Source of the DNA: an uncultured Bacilli bacterium
GTDB taxonomy: Bacteria; Bacillota_I; Bacilli_A; RF39; UBA660
Direction: 5' to 3'
NCBI GenBank assembly: GCA_934091055.1
Contig: CAKOKN010000001.1
Coordinates: 118,642 to 182,641 of the forward strand
DNA: 64,000 bases
Part shown: positions 57,958-64,000 of the stretch, one piece after another
Layout: each line of letters starts with the position of its first letter
Numbering within the stretch: position 1 is the stretch's first letter
Program-made: the position numbers and the translations under genes
Notes under the pieces: model-generated
What the model saw: the letters and a program-made list of their open reading frames with translations, nothing else
Told to the model about the DNA's origin: nothing
The model's database searches: none

Positions 57958-59052
57958 TTACTTTAATAATTCTTCTAGTATTTCTTTATTTCTTAGTAAT
58001 CTTTCATCTTTTGGAGACATTTCAAGAGCTTTATTAGTATAATAAAGAGCTTCTATTAATCTATTTTGTTTATACATACAAATAGATAAGAGATCATAGA
58101 CTGTGTTATCCCAACTAAATACTTCATTTATATAAGTCTTTTGATGACTTTTAATATTTAAAGCTTTAAGTAAATATTTAGAAGCTCTTTTATAATCTTC
58201 TTCCTCATACTCTAGTATACCTCTTTCAACATAAGCATCTCTTAAATACGGAGCTTCTTTAATAGCTTTATCTAACCACATTCTAGCTTCTTCTAGTCTA
58301 TTTAAGTGTTTATACGATCTTGCTATAAAACGCATTGAAGCTGCTCTTTCATCTTTCCAAGTAGCGGTTTTTAAGTTTAAATGTTTTATTAGAGTATCTA
58401 TACTTTCTTCCCATCTACCATAATACATATATTCTCTTCCTAGGTAATGAGTATTACGATCATCATTAGGACTTTCTTTAATAGATAACTCTAATAGAGG
58501 TAGATAATTACTACGAGACTTTGTTTGATCAGGATAATGATTTAATGTTATAGTATCAATTGTTATCATATTTTCTTTATCACTACCAGTATAGGTTAAC
58601 ACTTCGTGAACAGGATGTGTCCATTTATAATTCTTTCTTTGATGAATTTTATCTATGTAGAAACTAACTATTGGTTTATCATTATTATCTAAACTCCAGT
58701 TATAATTATATCTTGCCCTAGTAGTAGAAGTACTCCAGTGATCCTCTAGTTCTTTACGCCAGCCTTCTTTAAATACTTCGTCAAAGTCTTGACAAACACA
58801 AATATCAAAATCTTCTGGTACTAAACTAAGAGATTTATTTCTTGCTGTATCAAACCTCCAAGGATCTATTTTGGCGACAGTTACCTCTACTTTGTCTAAT
58901 TTTTTTAGTAATTCTACAGTGTTATCTGTAGATCCTGTATCTAATACATAGATAGCATCTGCTTCTTTTACTGAGTTATACCAAGTATCTATAAACTTCT
59001 CTTCATTCTTACATATTCCATATACACATACTTTATATTTATTTCTTTGCAT
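57958..59052 (-). CDS. Family 2 glycosyltransferase fused to TPR repeats
   Basis: N-terminal GT-A fold (DTGSTDNT, DxD-like CQDFDE), C-terminal TPR-like helical repeats. Confidence 0.65.
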   Translation of the reverse strand: MQRNKYKVCVYGICKNEEKFIDTWYNSVKEADAIYVLDTGSTDNTVELLKKLDKVEVTVAKIDPWRFDTARNKSLSLVPEDFDICVCQDFDEVFKEGWRKELEDHWSTSTTRARYNYNWSLDNNDKPIVSFYIDKIHQRKNYKWTHPVHEVLTYTGSDKENMITIDTITLNHYPDQTKSRSNYLPLLELSIKESPNDDRNTHYLGREYMYYGRWEESIDTLIKHLNLKTATWKDERAASMRFIARSYKHLNRLEEARMWLDKAIKEAPYLRDAYVERGILEYEEEDYKRASKYLLKALNIKSHQKTYINEVFSWDNTVYDLLSICMYKQNRLIEALYYTNKALEMSPKDERLLRNKEILEELLK

Positions 59053-59135
59053 ATATTACTCCCTTCTAAATAATATATGTAAAGAAAAATAAGAGAATAC
59101 TTTTTATTTTATATTCTCTTATTTATTAATATATT

Positions 59136-60674
59136 TTAGTGAGCTACTTGTAGTATTAATGAGAAAATACTTAGTATTAATATGTTTGCTATAGCAATTG
59201 TTACTACTATTTTTAGAGCCCATCTAAACCAAGTTGAGTATTCTACTTTTGCTAGAGCAAGTCCACCCATTATTGCTCCGCAAGTTGGTGTTATTAAGTT
59301 TACTAGTCCGTTTGCTGATACGATAGTCATTACTGCTACTTCTACACTGTATCCTAATTGTGATGCTAATGGCGCTATTATTGGTGTAGATAATGTAGCA
59401 AGTCCAGATGATGATGGTACTAGTATTGATAATACTATATGTAAGATATAGTTAAGTGGGATAAAGGCCATTTGTGGCATCTTTGATAGTATGTTAGCAG
59501 CATTGTAAATGATATAGTTATCTAAGTATGTCTCTTGCATTAGAACACTTGCTCCTCTTGCAATAGCAATAACTAGAATAACTCCAATCATATCGTCTGC
59601 TCCATCTACAAATGTGTCTACAAAGCTCTTTTCACCAAACTTATTAATGATTGCTATGATAATTGACATTATTAAGAACCATAATGCTGCTTCATAGAAC
59701 CACCAATCTCCTAGTGCTTCTCCTGTTAACCATCCTGTAAACTTATAGAAGAATGTTACACCAAATTCTCCCCAAGGGATAAAGCCTATTACCATTACGA
59801 TGAATGTTAAAGCAAATAGGATTAATGTAACTTTTTGTTTACCAGATAATGTTACAACTTCATTTTCTTTCTTACTATTTTTTTCGTGTTCTTCAAAACT
59901 ACCGTATTTCTTTTCTGCAGCTTTTTGTTCTCTTAATGATAGGAATGTTGATCCTTTGTCTTTCTTTACTTTTTTAGCGTATTGTAGAACAAAGAATGTT
60001 GATATAGCGTATGTTGTTAGCCATATGAATACGGCAATTAGTATTACTACTCCGTGATTAGCACTAACTGATGCTGGTAAGGCACTTAGAGCTACTCCTG
60101 TAGCGAATGGGTTTACTGTTGAACCTAGGCATCCTGAACCTGCTCCTAGTAATACTACAGCTGATCCTACTAATGGATCCATACCAGCGGCCATCATTGT
60201 AGCAGCTAGTAATACATAGAAACCTACTGTTTCTTCTAGCATACCATAAGTTGTTCCACATACTGAGAAGATAAACATTAATATTGGTATTAGTAGTAGT
60301 TCTCTTCCCTTTAGTTTGTTTACTAATACTTTTATTCCTGTTTCTAAAGCTTTTGTTTTATTGATTACTGCTAGTAAGCCTCCTAGCATCATAATAAATA
60401 TGCCGACATCAATTGCATTTTCAAACCCCAAGATTGGTGCTTTTAATACTTGTGATAAGCTTGCACCTACTGTTCCACTTCCGTCTACAATCTTTTGTAC
60501 TTCTTCTGTTTCAGCTTCTTCTTTAGTTCCATCTACATATTCTGTAGTAGTAGTTTTTGTACCGTCTACAAATTGTGCTTTAGGAAGTACGTGAGATAAT
60601 ATTCCTAATCCAAATATTAAAATAAGGATTATTGAGAATGACGAAAGTAGTACTTTCTTTCTTTTTTTACTCAT
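59136..60674 (-). CDS. YfcC-family (DUF401) transporter, putative arginine/ornithine exchanger of the ADI operon
   Basis: 512-aa polytopic membrane protein, YfcC-like pattern; immediately downstream of arcC. Confidence 0.65.
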   Translation of the reverse strand: MSKKRKKVLLSSFSIILILIFGLGILSHVLPKAQFVDGTKTTTTEYVDGTKEEAETEEVQKIVDGSGTVGASLSQVLKAPILGFENAIDVGIFIMMLGGLLAVINKTKALETGIKVLVNKLKGRELLLIPILMFIFSVCGTTYGMLEETVGFYVLLAATMMAAGMDPLVGSAVVLLGAGSGCLGSTVNPFATGVALSALPASVSANHGVVILIAVFIWLTTYAISTFFVLQYAKKVKKDKGSTFLSLREQKAAEKKYGSFEEHEKNSKKENEVVTLSGKQKVTLILFALTFIVMVIGFIPWGEFGVTFFYKFTGWLTGEALGDWWFYEAALWFLIMSIIIAIINKFGEKSFVDTFVDGADDMIGVILVIAIARGASVLMQETYLDNYIIYNAANILSKMPQMAFIPLNYILHIVLSILVPSSSGLATLSTPIIAPLASQLGYSVEVAVMTIVSANGLVNLITPTCGAIMGGLALAKVEYSTWFRWALKIVVTIAIANILILSIFSLILQVAH

Positions 60675-60806
60675 TTCTTTTTTACCTCCTTATATATAGT
60701 TTTGAGTATATTACTATATATTTCTTTTTGTTATTATAGATAATTATTTAATGTAATTTTAATGCACTGTTTTAATTATTGGGGGTAGTGCATTTTTAGT
60801 AGTGAT

Positions 60807-61742
60807 TCACCTCCTCTTTATTACTGTACCTGTTAGTCCGTTTAGTGCTTCACTAGCTTTTTCTAAGGAACTTATTATAGCAGTTTTAGTATCGGAATCT
60901 TTTACAAAGTCGATGCAGGCTTCTACTTTTGGAAGCATACTTCCTTTAGCAAAGTGTCCTTTATTGATATAGTCTTCTCCTTCTTCAATAGTTAGTGTAT
61001 CTAGAGCTATTTGATTACTTGTATTATAGTTTAGGTATACTTTATCTATTGATGTTAGGATAAGAAGTTTATCAGCATCGATTAATTTTCCTAAAAGAGC
61101 TGCTGATCTATCTTTATCGATTACAGCTTCTACTCCTTTAAGAGTGTTACCTTCTTTTACTACGGGGATACCTCCTCCTCCGACTGCTATGACGATATTA
61201 CCTTCATCTACTAGTTTTTTTATTAAGTTCTTTTCAATAATATCTATTGGTCTAGGAGATGGTACTACTCTCCTATAACCACGACCAGCGTCTTCAATCA
61301 TTGTATAGCCTTTTTCTTTTACTAATTTATCACTTTCTTCTTTACTATAGAACATTCCTATAGGTTTAGTTGGATTAGTAAAAGCACTATCTTTTTGATC
61401 AACTAAGACCTGTGTTATCAAGGTTCCACAATCTTTAGCTATACCTTCTTTAGTTAATTCTTCTTGAAGACATTGCTGAAGTTGATAACCTATATAACCT
61501 TGACTCATACTGCCACATTCGGCAAATGGCATACTAGGAGTACCTGCTTCTCCATTGGAAGAGTACTCCATAGCTAAAGCTATTTGTCCTACTTGTGGAC
61601 CATTCCCGTGTGTAACTACTATTTGGTTACCCTCTTTTACTAGCTTGATCATTATTTTTGCTACTTGTTTTAATAGAGATAATTGCTCTTCAGGTGTTTT
61701 TCCAAGAGCGTTTCCTCCTAGTGCTACTACTATTTTACTCAT
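60807..61742 (-). CDS. arcC: Carbamate kinase
   Basis: N-terminal [11 protein letters not shown] and amino-acid-kinase fold; 311 aa. Confidence 0.85.
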   Translation of the reverse strand: MSKIVVALGGNALGKTPEEQLSLLKQVAKIMIKLVKEGNQIVVTHGNGPQVGQIALAMEYSSNGEAGTPSMPFAECGSMSQGYIGYQLQQCLQEELTKEGIAKDCGTLITQVLVDQKDSAFTNPTKPIGMFYSKEESDKLVKEKGYTMIEDAGRGYRRVVPSPRPIDIIEKNLIKKLVDEGNIVIAVGGGGIPVVKEGNTLKGVEAVIDKDRSAALLGKLIDADKLLILTSIDKVYLNYNTSNQIALDTLTIEEGEDYINKGHFAKGSMLPKVEACIDFVKDSDTKTAIISSLEKASEALNGLTGTVIKRR

Positions 61743-62733
61743 CTATATCACCAAGAGTGGCAAGCATTACAGCTTTAATAGTGTGTAGTCTATTTTCTGC
61801 TTCATCAAATACTTTAGAAGAAGGAGATGTAAATACTTCATCAGTTACTTCCATTTCTTTTAAACCGAATTTTTCATATATGTTCTTACCAATAGTGGTA
61901 TTTAGATCGTGAAATGATGGCAAGCAGTGTAAGAATATAGCATTTGGATTAGCATTATTCATTACATCTTTATTTACTTGATATGGTTTTAATAAAGATA
62001 TTCTTTCTTTCCAAACTTCATCTGGTTCTCCCATTGAAACCCATACATCTGTGTATATAGCATCGGCATTAGCAGTAGCTTCTTGAACATTCTCAGTAGT
62101 ACTGATAGTTCCTCCTGTAGTTAATGCTATCTCTTGGCATTCTTTAATTAATTCTTCTTTTGGCCATAATTCTTTTGGACCACAAGCTATAAAATGAATA
62201 CCCATTTTAGCAGATATTACCATAAGAGAATTAGCTACATTATTTCTAGCGTCTCCCATAAATACTAATTTTATTCCTTTTAGGTGACCGAAGGACTCTT
62301 CTATTGTCATTACATCTGCTAACATTTGTGTTGGATGAAATTCATTAGTAAGTCCGTTCCATACTGGTTTATCTGAGTATTTAGCTAGATTTTCAACTAT
62401 TTCTTGATCAAAACCACGATACTCTATACCATCATACATTCTTGCTAATACTTTAGCAGTATCTTCAATACTTTCTTTTTTACCCATCTGACTACCAGTA
62501 GGTCCTAGATATGTAGTATTCATACCTAAGTCATAACTTGCTACCTCAAAGGCGCATCTTGTTCTAGTGGAATCTTTTTCGAATAGTAAGACTACATTCT
62601 TTCCTTTTAGTTGGTCTTGTCTAATTCCCTCTTGTTTTTCTTTTTTTAGTTTTTTTGATAAGTCTAGAAGATATCTGATTTCTTCAGGTGTATAATCTAG
62701 TAATTTTAAAAAGTCTCTTCCTTTTAAGTTCAT
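61735..62733 (-). CDS. arcB: Ornithine carbamoyltransferase (catabolic, ADI pathway context)
   Basis: STRTR carbamoyl-phosphate motif, HCLP motif; between arcA and arcC. Confidence 0.85.
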   Translation of the reverse strand: MNLKGRDFLKLLDYTPEEIRYLLDLSKKLKKEKQEGIRQDQLKGKNVVLLFEKDSTRTRCAFEVASYDLGMNTTYLGPTGSQMGKKESIEDTAKVLARMYDGIEYRGFDQEIVENLAKYSDKPVWNGLTNEFHPTQMLADVMTIEESFGHLKGIKLVFMGDARNNVANSLMVISAKMGIHFIACGPKELWPKEELIKECQEIALTTGGTISTTENVQEATANADAIYTDVWVSMGEPDEVWKERISLLKPYQVNKDVMNNANPNAIFLHCLPSFHDLNTTIGKNIYEKFGLKEMEVTDEVFTSPSSKVFDEAENRLHTIKAVMLATLGDIDE

Positions 62734-62737
62734 TTTG

Positions 62738-63982
62738 TTACAAATCCTCCCTAATTAATGGCATACTCATACATCTTGGGCCTCCACGACCTCTAGATAG
62801 TTCTGCACTATGCATTTCAAATACTTTAATACCGTGTTCTCTTAAGATATTATTAGTAATATTATTTCTATTATAGACTACTACTACTCCTGGAGCTATA
62901 CAAAGTGTATTTGTTCCATCGTTCCATTGTTCTCTTTCTGATGATATTTTTTCTCCTCCAGCACAAGGTATTAGTTCTATTTTTCTTCCTAAGTATTTTT
63001 CTAATATTTCTTCTAGTGAACCAGTTACTTCTTTTACATTTAAGTCTTCATCACTATCAGGAATATCTCCTTCAGTTATTTCGAATACTTGAAGTGTTTC
63101 CATTATACCTGGATGGTATGTGAATTTATCAAAATCTATTTGTGTAAATACGGTATCTAAGTGCATAAAGGCTCTTGATACTGGTATATTGAAGGCTAAG
63201 ATTGTATCCATTTCACAATCTGGATTTTTAAATAGATTTTTAGCTAATTCATCTATAGCTCCTGCTTCAGTTCTTTGAGAAATACCTACTGCTAGAATGT
63301 GATTATTTAAGTTTAGAACATCACCACCTTCAATGTGATATGGTAAGTATCTATCATAATACTTTTCTAATTGGCCCTTATAATCTGGATGGTAATTAAA
63401 GATATATTCAGCGTATATTGTTTCTCTATTTCTAGTTACTGAATACATTTTATTTAGAATTACACCATTTCCTGCACTAGCAAATGGATCTCTTGTAAAG
63501 TATAAGTTAGGCATTGGGTCTGCTAGAAAATCAGACTCTTCACTAACTAAGTCAACTAGAGATTTTTCTATTTCTCTTTTGGCTCTTGGTATTTCAATTA
63601 GTTTTATTCCTTCCATTGTTTTTAAAACTAATTCTTTTTTGTTTACGAAGCTTTTTAGATACTCAAATACTAAGTTTTTATATTTAGGAGTTCTAATTCC
63701 TGCCTCATAGATAAATTGTCTGATGAATTTATTTTCTATTTCATCACTTAGTTCTAAGACCTCTGCCATTAAGTCTTCTAGATAGACAACTTCTATTCCA
63801 TTTGCTCTTAGTATGTGAGCAAATTCATCGTGTTCTTCTTGAGCTATTGGTAAAAATGGGATATCATCAAATAGTAATCTACTTAATGAATCTGGTGTTA
63901 AGTTAAGTAATTCTTTACCTGGTCTATGAAGTAACACTTTCTTTAGAGGCGCTATCTCACTTTTTACGTTTATCGCGTACAT
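62738..63982 (-). CDS. arcA: Arginine deiminase
   Basis: 414 aa, amidinotransferase fold with C-terminal catalytic Cys ([10 protein letters not shown]). Confidence 0.9.
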   Translation of the reverse strand: MYAINVKSEIAPLKKVLLHRPGKELLNLTPDSLSRLLFDDIPFLPIAQEEHDEFAHILRANGIEVVYLEDLMAEVLELSDEIENKFIRQFIYEAGIRTPKYKNLVFEYLKSFVNKKELVLKTMEGIKLIEIPRAKREIEKSLVDLVSEESDFLADPMPNLYFTRDPFASAGNGVILNKMYSVTRNRETIYAEYIFNYHPDYKGQLEKYYDRYLPYHIEGGDVLNLNNHILAVGISQRTEAGAIDELAKNLFKNPDCEMDTILAFNIPVSRAFMHLDTVFTQIDFDKFTYHPGIMETLQVFEITEGDIPDSDEDLNVKEVTGSLEEILEKYLGRKIELIPCAGGEKISSEREQWNDGTNTLCIAPGVVVVYNRNNITNNILREHGIKVFEMHSAELSRGRGGPRCMSMPLIREDL

Positions 63983-64000
63983 TATTTCTCTCCTTCCTTG

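Noticed and set aside
1-64000. tRNA, rRNA and CRISPR screening
   Set aside because: No GGTTCGA(A/T)TCC T-loop motifs, no rRNA-like GC-rich blocks, and no repeat-spacer arrays were seen anywhere in the window.

Overview
Low-GC (~27% GC) Firmicutes/Clostridia-like chromosomal window from a spore-former. No rRNA, tRNA or CRISPR was seen.

Gene content, in order:
- Plus-strand block (1-19.6 kb): the tail of the dcw cluster (ftsW-ftsA-ftsZ); htpG and an Hsp20; two unknown genes; ligA; a SEDS protein (minus strand); lgt; trxB; lemA-DUF2207-ygjP; an rRNA methyltransferase; rimM; trmD.
- Central mixed region: trpS; a type III toxin-antitoxin locus; zupT; unknown genes; spoIIM-like; mnmA; an HTH regulator followed by small peptides; pgm; xerD; rarA; a tcdA-like gene.
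- Minus-strand block (34-64 kb): a ClpX-like ATPase; T-box-aspS; a nuclease; dtd; relA; secDF; a STAS/sigma-factor pair; a class B sortase with an NPQTS-anchored beta-helix surface protein; yqfD/yqfC and a plus-strand cotZ-like spore gene; T-box-pheST; frr; a GT2-TPR protein; an arginine deiminase operon (arcA-arcB-arcC plus a YfcC-type transporter).

Main findings:
1. A type III toxin-antitoxin (abortive-infection type) locus sits between trpS and zupT. It has a ToxN/AbiQ-like toxin gene, an upstream array of 2.3 direct repeats of 50 nt (the candidate ToxI-like RNA antitoxin), an intervening intrinsic terminator and a consensus sigma-A promoter.
2. A family of paired-hairpin intergenic repeats with conserved loop motifs occurs at seven sites. 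Two copies in inverted orientation bracket a ~1.1 kb HAD-hydrolase cassette.
3. The htpG promoter carries a CIRCE-like operator.
4. A partner-switch module lacks its kinase.
5. A Cys-rich micro-protein is encoded in the intergenic region downstream of the HTH regulator gene.

Several unannotatable two-gene modules are flagged for structure-based follow-up.
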